This document shows positions 1-11,500 of a stretch of DNA of 64,000 nucleotides, in pieces. How positions within the stretch are numbered: position 1 is the stretch's first letter; every line of letters starts with the position of its first letter. The stretch covers positions 4,650,001 through 4,714,000 of the forward strand of contig OZ210885.1 in the NCBI GenBank assembly GCA_964658305.1. Reading direction: 5' to 3'. Both the position numbers and the translations under genes were made by a program. This DNA is from Leptogorgia sarmentosa. Its lineage: Eukaryota. The notes under the pieces were generated by a model that searched no databases, was not told the DNA's origin, and saw nothing but the letters and a program-made list of their open reading frames with translations.

Positions 1-282
1 GCACTGGACTGTAATAATTTAATCAAGCTATAAGGATATATAGCTCAAGGATATACTCATTTTTTATAGGTCCAATATTAATAACGATATATACTTTCTC
101 TTAGGGGCGCACAACGGTAGAACGTTGTGTGGGGGGGGGGGGCAGTAGAGGCCCGAAATTTTAAAACAGAAACAGAACAGAATGGGAAAAACACGATGCG
201 ACAGAGCAGATCGACACATTGGGGCGCCACTATCCAAGGTGCTGAGCGAGAAAATTTTGAAAATTTAGAACCTCCAGAAAAA

Positions 283-699
283 CGGAAATGTTATAGTTTA
301 GTTTTTCTCTGCCGAGACGGTGCTCATTGTTTGCAGGTATCCAGGGACGTAGCAGTATCCTTTTCCGGCTGATAGTTTCAGCAAATATAAAATTAATGTT
401 ATTCCGAAAAATGTTTGCATCAATTTGTACAAATCATATATACAGATTTTTAATTTATATACAGATTTAAATTGTACAAATTTGTCGATATGCAAACATA
501 TTTCGAATAACATTCATTTTATATTTCCAGGGACGTAGCTAGAGCGTTAATTGGGCGTGTATATTCATATTCATGTTCCGCCCGACGGATTTCTATAGAA
601 ATTAACTCAAAAACAACTGATTTCAAACGAATATATGAATATACACACACCTCCCAGTTAACGCTCTAGCTACGTCCCTGTAGGTATCGTAGCTGAATG
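283..699 (-). pseudogene. Inverted, decayed copy of part of the last stomatin exon, split by a hAT-type insertion (342-680)
   Basis: The minus strand reads IQLRYL (699-681), then the insertion, then YLQTMSTVSAEKN*TITFP (341-283). The intact exon at 6760-6951 reads IQLRYLQTMSAISAEKNSTIIFP. The Ser codon TCA has become TAA. Confidence 0.85.
342..680. mobile_element. Non-autonomous hAT-like element (composite; inner TIR pair 528-680)
   Basis: Termini CAGGGACGTAGC...GCTACGTCCCTG, with a second left terminus at 528. 8-bp target duplication caggtatc (334-341) / taggtatc (681-688). Confidence 0.8.
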
Positions 700-910
700 T
701 ACACGTCTGAACTGGAAAACAACATATAAATCTACGCGTTCTGATTGGCTTAATTAGCACCAAAAGGTAAACGGATGCGCTGATTGGTTCTTGTTTGTTT
801 TTAAATTCATCCTGCGTCGAAAGGCGCCGCGTGCAAGCCATTTATACCGCAGCGAAAACTTTATAGGACCGGATTGTTATGACTGAAATTTGTGGCTGAA
901 AGTAAAGATA
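700..910. repeat. CCAAT-rich interspersed repeat, same family as the 40800-43970 duplicated block (opposite orientation)
   Basis: acacgtctgaactggaa...ttctgattggcttaattagcacc..aaaggtaaac..gcgctgattggtt...catcctgc aligns by eye with the reverse complement of about 42540-42795. Confidence 0.7.
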
Positions 911-1249
911 AAAGATTTATTGAAAAAATTAATCTTTTCACCCATGCATCCTAAAAGCGATTTTTCCCTGATTTTCCCTAAACTTTTTGGCAAAATCTAT
1001 TCAATAAGTTGTGATGTTAATATGAAAGCTGTCAGGAAGCTCGGCTGTCGTTGTTAAATCAATAAATCAAAGGCAGTTACTGTAACCGCAAAACAGACAT
1101 CAGCAACATCTGTACATTAATTATTCTGTCGTAACATCAATTTGTGTCAGTTACAATAAAGCACATAATATTATGCGATTAAATAAGGCAACAGAAGGTC
1201 AGATTTGCCGTCGAAGTCTGCCGTTGCTTTGAGCAACACTTTCCCAAGT

Positions 1250-4200
1250 ATGAGCACAAAAAATTTGCACAATGGTCATTCGAGCGAAGGTGAGTAGACT
1301 TGTGTTATTTTGAAAACAGAAAGAAGGATTTTGGGAGCTTGTTTGAGATTTTATCGTTGTTTCAACAAATATTTGAGAATTACACAAAATGTGTCAATAC
1401 CCGTCGTGTACTTTGATACATGCATAGATTCAACATGATTGGGTTCGGGAGAAATGCATTTACTATAGTATAATTAAAGCACTACGAATGATTCAAACTT
1501 TCAACGTATTACAAAATCGTGCAAGCATTTTGATTGCTTGCATCGTTGTCTGTGTATCATACTCACGACTCACGAGTCGCGGGCTTTGATGTTATAAGGA
1601 TATTGTTAAAAGCATTAGCCTAAAACTTTGTTCTGCGGCACACTAGGCACGGTGATAAAAATTATGGCTGGATTGCCAGAGTATACTTTATGAATTAAAC
1701 TATCGCAAAGGGGATCGTTTTCTTCGTGGGCATTTGATTATTTTCAACATGATTCGAAACTGGTTTTAATTATCATCCATATAATTACATTGTATCGTAT
1801 GGGCAGTATCGACCGCATCTAAAGTACCCATTGCTTCAAATTGTCGCCATACTTTGCTTTCCTCATAAATGTTATAAATGTTATCAAATTTTTTGCACAC
1901 ATTTATATTGTGTGCATTCGTGAAAGCCGTATTTTCTTTATGCGAATGTTTTTAATAATATATATGTATCCCGTATGCAAAATGTTTTCGAACAGCTGCG
2001 GTTTTGAATATTGGCTTCCCTCCAGTTCAGCTGCCTTGAGGTCTTAGCTATAAACGGGAGAAAAATTATTGAGACAAAAGCACAGTACGCCTAGACCAAA
2101 ACAGTGTTGCAAATTAAGTCAATTCAATCATTCACAGCTTTGTAAGGGGAAGGGGAGGTGGGAGGTTGGACGACGAAATAATGTGCGAAAAATAAAAACC
2201 GATCAATTGTGATTCTTGAAATGTTTTGAAATTTCATAGTGTAGTAGCCTATGTTTTCATGATCCAACCGAACACACTCGCGCACATGGTTCCCGCGCCG
2301 GCGGGATTACTGAGGGGGTGTTTATATAATAGGCTATGCAGTAAGAGTACCCGAGGTATCCCGCTTAGCCGAGTATCCTTTTTTATAATCTTGCCCCCGC
2401 CGCTTTTTAGTTCTTCCAGCACCCTGGGGCCGATTGTATAAAAACGTAGTCAAAGTTAACTATAGTTAAGTGCGAAAATTGACCAATCAGAAACGCGTAT
2501 TTCAAAGTTAACTGCCATTTAACTGCAAAACGGATAGTTAAAGAGTTTTATACAACCGATCCCAGATGAGAACTGTCTAAAAATTGCCTTTTTTATGATT
2601 TTAGGTAAAGAAGATGATGATTTTACTCAAAGTTGTTGTGTTGTCCTGCTTAATGTCTTATCATATATCTTGGTTATTTGCACTTTTCCTTTCTCTTTAT
2701 TCTTCTGTTTTAAGGTATGAGAACATTGAAAATCAGATTCATTCATTCATCTCGGCCTTCAGAGTTAAAATCCTAACGACAGCAAACGCTGGTTTACGAA
2801 TCTCATCTAACGCATGATGGCCAGATTTCAAGTGAACATCCAGCCATGCATTGGGAATTCTGCATGTTTGTCATGTTTAGTACAATTTAAGTGCAAAATA
2901 TTTTTTCAGAGAAAAGCTTTGTAGCTACGTTTTCATAGTCTTAAATGTCGACGTTAATTCCACTATCTTTAACAGCCAAGAGGACCATGACGATCAGGGG
3001 TATTTTTCGTCTTGAAATGTACTAATCATTCACGAATTGAATATACAAAATTGCTGCATGTGCACTTTATTTGCAGATTTCTTAAAAATTAAACTCGGAT
3101 TGACTTTACGTGTATTAAAACCCGTTGAAACGAGGTGTGATAGGAGAAATTTAAAAAAATAAATTGAAAAATGATGAATGATTTGACTGTATTATTTTTT
3201 TACTTTCAATTTTTGAAAGCATCGAGTACATGCAAGTTCGCTTGACTACCAAAAGCCTGATCAACTATCATCCTTGTTTGACCTGACCTTAACTGAGGCC
3301 TAATATTTGAGATTTATTCGCCATTATTATCCGTCGTACCAATTAATCTAGAAAGAAGCGTTTTCCAAGACAGGTATGACAGTTGACACTTTAGGGGTGG
3401 AATTAACTAATACTAAGAGTAATTACCATATAAACAATTTTCATGGTATTCGTTGAAGTCTTACAATTCACGATTTTTTTGGAAGGTTGTTCAAGAGTAC
3501 GAAAGAGCAGTCATATTTAGCCTTGGTCGGCTGTCTGGTGGAGCAAAAGGCCCAGGTAAAAGCTAATTTGAATGTTCAGTGCTGGAGAGGAGCATGCTCT
3601 GTAAAGCCCGTTTACACTTGCGATTTTTGCTGCGATTTCCAGTGCGATTTTCTCCTTTTGACGGATGTGAACGAGTAAAACAATCACTAATGTTCAGGTG
3701 AGGAGGCGAGCATTCAGCACATTCGTTATTAACCCACCCGTTTACATCCATCAAGCGAAGTTAAAAAATTGCTCGTGTGAACGGGCCTTAACGAATAACT
3801 TGGCGAGACTTCTCGACCAATATTTTTTCGTGCATGCTTTGCTGCACTAGTATTTCGTGATCTGGGGCGATGCAAAAATTACCATTGGATTTATGCATGC
3901 GCTTTATCAGCCTTTGTGTTTTCTGTGGGCGTCCAACCGAAAAATGAATGTCATTGAACAAGAGATTTTTTCGAATCACATTCCATTTTTGGTCCTGAAG
4001 GCTGAAAGGGAACAATCCCTTGTTCAACAAGCTGTTTCATTTTGTGTATCAGGTTTTGAACACCCTCGAAGGTGATTTTCATCATACATTTGTAATCTAT
4101 GGTAATTTGCTCCTTCAGGTTTGTTCTTCATATTGCCATGTATTGATTCTTACAAAGAAGTTGACCTTCGAGTCGTTTCATTCGACGTTCCACCTCAAGA

Positions 4201-6951
4201 GGTAAGATTTAACATTCTGGGCCAGTTGTTCAAAGCTAGGTTAGCGCTAACCCTGGGTTAAAATTTATAATAACCGAGTGTTTTAGTTTGTGTGTTTCTG
4301 CACACCTAGCTGTTTACTTATAAACTCTAAGGAAGGAAACTTTTATTGAACCAGACAACATTTCTAAAGAAACATTTCTAAATTCGTAAACAAACTAATA
4401 AAATATTTGCTTTGAATTTTAAGTTACCCAGGGTTAAGCTAACCTGCTTTTGAACAACTGGCCCTGCATGGTTACGAGGGGAAGTTGCTAAAAAATGGCT
4501 GGAGTAATTTATTAGCTATCCAAAAATAAATTTTCGCACTCCGATATATATGGCAATAACTGTAGACGGCTCTCTTAACCGGAATAGTACAAATTTGGAT
4601 AATTTGTACTTTCAGCAATGCAATGGACAAATTTAGGTATCTTTAAATATATCAAATATCTATCGCAGCAAAATACAAAATAAGGAAATATCAGGAATAT
4701 ATTATTGATAAAGAAATATTATGAAATGGGAATAATGCTATGGCCTGTAAAGTTTGTTAATTTGGTATCATCATGCAATGCAAGTTTTAAATAATGTTAT
4801 CAAAAGCAGAATAAAGTCCACCGAAACCTTTTTATTATTCTTAAAAAAGCTAAAAGAAATTACCTAACACCGGAGAATATATTTCTTGCTATGGGAGGTC
4901 AGGGAATACGGGGGGGGGGGGGGAGCTTGCTAACATATTCACATGCAAGCATCGTAAAGCGTTGAAAACTTTGATTCATTTGTCACTGCTGTGGAATGCC
5001 GTGCTCCAAAACTGAAAGACTTTATGTAAAACAAAATTCTGACAAAAAATTTAACATTATTCCAACATCGATGGTTGAATTTATTCTGCATAAAAACATC
5101 AACATTTCTAGATTTTAACCAAAGACAGTGTGACAATTGCAGTTGATGCGGTAGTGTTCTACAAGATCTACGATGCGACCATGTCCATTACCAATGTGGA
5201 GAACGCGAGCAATTCCACGCGGTTGTTGGCTCAAACCACGCTTCGTAATGTCCTTGGAACACGAAGCCTGAGCGAGATTCTCTCAGAGAGAGAAACCATC
5301 AGCCATCAGATCCAGGCTAACCTGGATGAGCCCACCGACCCCTGGGGTGTGAAAGTTGAGCGGGTTGAAGTGTAAGTACTTGGATCTTCTGTTTAAACTT
5401 CAGAAAACCACAGCAATAAACTATAGAATTGTTCTTCATTCAATGGTATGATATACTGAATGAAACGAAGGCTGTATATGCCTTTCTAATCAATGCTGTT
5501 GATTTGACGAGACTTCCAATGTTTTGTTAACTTAGTCGTTAAAGGAATATCGGGCCACTGGTCAAAAAAATTTGGGGCAAATTTTTGTTTTTTTCTGTTC
5601 AAGAATTTTTCTGAAAAATTCCTGGTGGAATGTCGATTCTTTCTAATGCTGGTTTTTAATTGTGCTTATTACCACTAAGGACTTACCTGAGATACACATA
5701 CAATAAATGTTAAGTTCGTCAATGGATTGTGCTACCTCACTTACGATGCTCTTAATCGATGTCATTTTTGTAGTAAAGATGTGCGTTTGCCTAAGAAGCT
5801 ACAAAGAGCAATGGCAGCTGAGGCAGAGGCTACAAGAGAGGCCAAAGCAAAGGTAAACGGTTTTCGTTTGTAAAGGCGCATCACAGTTTTCAGAGGGTGG
5901 TAAAGGGTATTTTCGTGATCCGTGAAGTGAATGCCCATTGTCGTGAAATGTGACGCTCCGTCACTGTCTTCGTCGTGAATTGTGATCTTGTCTAGTTTAT
6001 CTTGTCTATTTTGTCTCGCCATCAAGGGGTGGTTTTAGATGTAAAATTTTACATCGATGTGTAAGTGACTTCTCTTACGTAATAGTTCAATGGTTACGTT
6101 ACGATACGCTTAGTAGAAAAACGGCCTTTACAGTGACAAAATGAACATGTCATAATTCATTAAAATCACGCATATTATATACCCTTGAAAAAAGGCGCAT
6201 TTTCAAAATATAGTTTGTTCATAGATATATATGAGTTTGTTTTTGTTTTTCCCCCAACATGAAGCGACGGCTACAGTAAATTACGAAGCTCGTCATGTGT
6301 GACGTCTCTATCTGGGTTTCAATCACGTGATACGTTTAAAACTTTGTGATCGATACCATTAGCGGTTAATTATTCATTATAGGTATTGACCTTATGTTCT
6401 TTTGAAATTAGATGTAATTTAATGTTCTCTCTTTCACAATACATAAGCAACAATGAGCGTAAAGTTGTCCACCAAGGGTTTCCCTAGCGGCGCTTTCATT
6501 TACACCGTCACACCGATCTGGCCAAAGAATAAATTATTACAAAATTCTAGCTTGACTTGGCTTTAATTTTCAAGTATTATATCAAAATTATAGTTATTAG
6601 TTCCGAGACCGAGCCTGCCACTTTTGAATAGTCTGTCCTCATTTAACAGCCTTTCATGCTTTTAAAATGTTGGTCAGGTCGGTTTGACCATGTAAATGAA
6701 AAGCGCCCTATGTATGTATAAGTACAGAGCGAAACTAACCATGTTGCCTCCATTACCAGGTGATTGCAGCCGAGGGTGAAATGAATGCATCAAGAGCGTT
6801 CAAAGAAGCATCTGACGTGATATCAGTAACACCAGAAGCTATACAACTACGGTACCTGCAAACAATGAGCGCCATCTCGGCCGAGAAAAACTCAACGATC
6901 ATATTTCCTTTGCCAATCAGCATGCTAAATGCTGTGAACAATTCATCTTGA
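1250..6951 (+). CDS. STOM: Stomatin / band 7 (SPFH) family protein, 7 exons, 277 aa
   Basis: Exons 1250-1289, 2605-2714, 3486-3555, 4119-4201, 5112-5371, 5774-5852 and 6760-6951 (834 nt, all GT-AG, phases consistent). Protein: MSTKNLHNGHSSEGKEDDDFTQSCCVVLLNVLSYILVICTFPFSLFFCFK-VVQEYERAVIFSLGRLSGGAKGPG-LFFILPCIDSYKEVDLRVVSFDVPPQE-ILTKDSVTIAVDAVV...[44 protein letters not shown]...QLRYLQTMSAISAEKNSTIIFPLP. These are classic stomatin motifs. The symbol denotes the family, not proven orthology. Confidence 0.95.
2427..2562. mobile_element. Harbinger-like MITE; inverted copy at 60272-60406
   Basis: TIR gggccgattgtataaaa / ttttatacaaccgatcc with CTG/CAG flanks. The interior is the reverse complement of 60272-60406. 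Confidence 0.75.
3605..3787. mobile_element. Harbinger-like MITE
   Basis: TIR agcccgtttacac / gtgtgaacgggcc with TAA/TTA flanks. Confidence 0.65.
4220..4463. mobile_element. Harbinger-like MITE; diverged relative at about 17908-18155
   Basis: TIR ggccagttgttcaaa / tttgaacaactggcc with CTG target duplication on both sides. Confidence 0.75.
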
Positions 6952-7134
6952 ACTTCATGTTAATCTGACTCGTTCCATCTCATCACTTTACCACATTGTT
7001 GGCCAGGGATGATTTTTGAACTACTACTTTCTGAACAGCAAGTAGTACTACTGTGTTATGAAAATTATCGTCTAAGAGTATGAATCTTCAAAAAAAATGA
7101 CGTCACTGTCATTACTGTGACGTCACCACGAGGT

Positions 7135-7443
7135 CAGGGCTGTAGCTAGAATGTTAATAGGGGGGGGGGGTGTATATTCATATCTTCTCGTGTTCTGCCT
7201 AACTGAATTATAATTTCATTTCAATTGTAATCTCAAATGAATTAATAGTTTCAGAAATATAATTTCAGAAATATAATCTCATAAATATAATTTCATACAT
7301 ATAATTTCATAAATATAATTTCAAATGAATTGTAATTTCAAATGAATTAATTTCAAAGAAATCCTTCGGGCAGAACATGAATAAACCCCTCTCCCCCCCC
7401 CCCCCCTTCCCTCCCCTAAATTTATGCTCTAGCTAAGGACCTG
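7135..7443. mobile_element. hAT-like MITE related to 528-680, with an internal ~14-bp AAATATAATTTC tandem array
   Basis: Termini cagggctgtagctagaatgttaa / tttatgctctagctaaggacctg. Degenerate 8-bp flanks cacgaggt / cacggcgt. Confidence 0.65.
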
Positions 7444-7811
7444 CACGGCGTGACAATAAGGTCCATTTTGGTCCCTCCATGAGGGGGAGGGGTGTGGGGA
7501 AGTTTTAGATAAGAACAAACATTGGGTAAGGAGATATGGTTACGATATATACCTATTGAAAAATCGAGCATATCGTACTTGATTGAATTAACACAGTCTA
7601 ATGTAAAAAAGGTATTTAAAAGCTTGTATTAAATAGACGTAAGGTAATTTATTTATACAATTATGTTGATATTTTTAGATTATCCGTTCAATTTTTCAGC
7701 CGTCGCAGAGATTGGGCTGAGTTGAAATTACGTATTTTGGTCAAATAGTTAAAATTAATCCCAAATCAACAACTCATCTAGCCTATGATCTACATATATT
7801 TGGCCTACACG

Positions 7812-8565
7812 TTAAAGTTTTGTATCATCATCAGTGTCCGATTTCAAATTTGTATCATCAAATGCCCGATTTTCATATTTCATCTCAGCTTCCTTCTTTT
7901 GACGTGGATCAGCACTTCTACTGTCAAGTAATCCCGATCGAGAATTACCTTGAAAATAAGCGAATCAAAATAAGTACGTTTGATATATTATATACTGGCA
8001 GGGTGCAAAAAAAGGACCTGAAAAATTAGCCCGCTGTCAGTGATTAAACACGAAGTTTTTCCTGGTTTTATATCGTCTTAACTAATTTCGCATTGACCTC
8101 CTTTTCTAACCCCTATATTCCTATACCCCTTCCCCTAACTTTTTAACTCTATCCGTATACTCGTGATTTTTTTTACAAAGGCCTTGCCACATTAGGGGTT
8201 GGGATAATGGTAGAGGCGTTGGGAATTTATTGATATGCTGGCCAACATTAGATAAGTTTCACAATTTACTTACACATTAAATGTAATTACCTCCGCACTT
8301 ACTGCAGATAGTTCCCCCGTGCTCTGTTTTTCAGTATTGGAAGTATTAACGATTAACAAGATCTTAGTTTGGGTGAACATAAAATACTTACCCGAGTTGG
8401 CCAGGCCAGACAGTGCACTGTTCTTCTTAATACGACGACGTTGGTATACGTTTACACAAAGCGATACCACAAGAAAAACGACCGATATAATTAACGGAAT
8501 TAGGAGATTTAGTCGCGTTCCCTCTCCATCAGATTCTTTCAATAAACTTTGAATGTCAGCACTCT
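7812..8565 (-). CDS. Receptor TM and cytoplasmic-tail exons
   Basis: Exon 8392-8565 (...LNLLIPLIISVVFLVVSLCVNVYQRRRIKK, TM helix plus basic stop-transfer). Probable 33-nt exon 8291-8323 (EHGGTICSKCG). Last exon 7812-7948: GNSRSGLLDSRSADPRQKKEAEMKYENRAFDDTNLKSDTDDDTKL*. AATAAA on the minus strand at 7648-7653. Confidence 0.75.
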
Positions 8566-11500
8566 CTAGTATGAAAAAATTATATTTTGAGTATTTCTCG
8601 TAACAACCAACGGGTGAACAGTAATTCGCACAAAAGATGTTAAAAGAAATATGTGGATGAACCTGATGATTTTGCCATGGTTTTTACATTTTCACTCCAT
8701 TTAGTTGAGTAGTAGGAGCTCTAGGTAAAAATTGAATATGTTAAAACATTCAGCGGCGTTGAATGAGGCGTCCAATCCTGCCGGGGTATCTAGTGCTACA
8801 TTTTGTGCCATGGCTAGAAATTGCAGCATTTGTTGAGCATTTCTTGTGTCGTTTTCAATTGTTAATTGAATTGTCAATTTTCGAGCATCTCATTTCCTGA
8901 GGCGAAAGTGCATGTTAACATCTACCACATGTCCTCAATTTGTGGCCATGAAATAACCTAAATATTCTAGACTTCATCTTTAGATGCTCTGCAACGTAAT
9001 TTTTGCACATGGTAGGATATAGATATACTGACTGAATATTTACCTGATTTTCAAAGAATCTCAGGAACACAACGTAATCCGAGTTCTCTGTTAACGGTTG
9101 GTTAAAATATTTTTGGTCTTTGGAATTATATTCTTTCCCATCACCAATGACGAACGTCAAAGGAAGAACATCAGCTTTCAAAGAAGCTGCGACATAAGGA
9201 CCTTCTGTATTTTCCTGGTAAGGTTCAAGATCATTCGTTCTTAGCTCCTCGCTTCTTGCTGAACTTTTCTTGGAATTTTCAACAATGATCATCACTTCCC
9301 TATACCACCATGAAGAAACAACTATTACTTACAATTACAACTACCCCAAGCCTCCACAATCCCAGGTTTCGGGAGAAGGTAGTAATTTCACACGGCTATT
9401 TACAGTCGGGTAAAGGCAGTGCCTTTCAGATCGTCTGAATATCTCCCCCGAAGTTGGATGTTTTGGAGCAATTTGTACGATGGTTATCACTTTTTTAAAT
9501 AACAAACATGCAGGGACACCCGTATCGATAAGATCAATAAGTTTTGTTAAGAAATCACGTGTCATACGAGGTTTGGCGTTTCCTATTACTGGCGCCGGTT
9601 GTATCAAAGGCGTTTAGCTTAAACGGTGGATAAGTAAAATTTTAAAAACACTCCTATTCATTTTGTAAATAATTGAACCTGAATTTTATCAAATAATATT
9701 GTAGCTCCATGCAAAGTTTTTATGTTTACACAGAAAAGTTTAGTTTGCTTGTAGTCAATAGTTCATAATTTTGTTTGGTATTTTTTACTTATCCACCGTT
9801 TAAGCTAAACGCCTTTGATACAACCGGCCCCTGGTCCAAATATAAAACGTAAAACACTTTGTTAGTTCCGGTTTTTCATTATAAGGTAATTATAATTTAT
9901 AATCAACATTAAAATTAATAAGGACAATCAAAAATGTTGGTATCGGGTGAACTTACTTGATATACGTCGCTTGTTTGGCTATAGTTATGTTTACACTTGA
10001 ATATGATATCCCAACAACATTAACAGGCTCTTAAAAATATTACAAACTTGGTGTCACACACAGGCCTTTCAATTCACAGGCATAGTTATGTTACCAGAGA
10101 TCATTGGCCAAGGAGTCAGTTGATTGAAGCTAAACTAGTGCTAACCTTGAGATAAATTTAACCCATAATACTTATGCATTTCTATATATCCATGCAAACA
10201 TCAAACAACAAAAATTTTGATGTGAATCAACACAACATGCACCAAATGCATCTCTGGAGAACATTTCCATGTTTTGATATAGACAACTTGTTGAAAGATC
10301 TCATTTCAATTAATATTATTATACTTTCAATTCATCTCAAAGCAGCGTTTAAACGACCGACCACAGGCACAGTAAGTAACACTGTGGTATAGCGTCGTTT
10401 TATTCATTTACCTCCGTTTGTTATTTTGCTGATTGTTGAACTCTTGTTTCCAAAACCAATCTTTGTGCTAGCTGCGACTGTCACCAAGTACTTTGTAGAT
10501 GGTTGAAGGTTGGGAATGATAACTGGCAGGAAGAATGACGCAATATGAAAGCAATTCCAATTTTCTTCATTAACGACAGAATAGCAAACTCGATATCCAA
10601 TTAGTTCTCCGTTCCACAAGCTTTTCTTAGGAGTTTTCCAAGAGATTGCTAGTGAATCACTGGTGTGGGAAACTACAGCCACGCCCAATGGAGGCCCACT
10701 GGGGACTAATATGAAGAAAAAATCACAATAGAATATTGTATTATGTGCACTGCATCACAAAATTATTGGATACCGATTGGTTAAGAAAAGTACAAAGAAT
10801 TCATTAATTCTACTGCACACCGAGTGCTGTAGATAGAGGGTTAATTGGAAGATGGGGTGGTGTATTTTCATACATCGTAATTCGTGTTCTGCCCGGATGA
10901 TTTCCTTTGAAATTAACTCATATTATGAGCGATTTGAAAAGGAGTTCGTCGGCCGCGAGTGCAATTATTAATATTTCTACAACAACAAAAATGGCAGAAA
11001 GGCAGAATTTTATAAAACAAACGAAAGCGCTCTAGATGAAACAATAATACTTCTAAAAGTACGAACAAAGAACCAAATTTTGGCAGGATTGCAACAACAT
11101 TGCATGATGTTTACTGGCTAATAACCAGGACCAGAATTATAAAAAAATAAGCGCCCTAGGCCTACTTGTATCTGTGAAGAATATAATTTATATGAATGAT
11201 TAATATGAACGATCATAATTTTACTGCTGTTACAGTGATAACTGTTATTCTTTAGAAAACCCTTCAACTCAGTTGAATTGATTACGTTTTGAAATATACG
11301 AAATAAAATTTAAAATATTCATTCAAAACGTCGCGCAAACTTGAAATTACTTATATACTGTAGGTATTAGAGTTACAGTACTGTGCAACAGTTATAGGCA
11401 CCTCGTGAAAAAGCATTTGACGCCATCTTATTGTAAACGTATAATCGTATAAGTTATAATTGCCATTTAGTCTTTTTTTCTCGTTCACGGTCTATAATAA

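Noticed and set aside
298..513. 71-aa ORF ending in a stomatin-like peptide as a real gene
   Set aside because: Most of it is transposon sequence fused by chance to the pseudo-exon, and it ends at the nonsense mutation.
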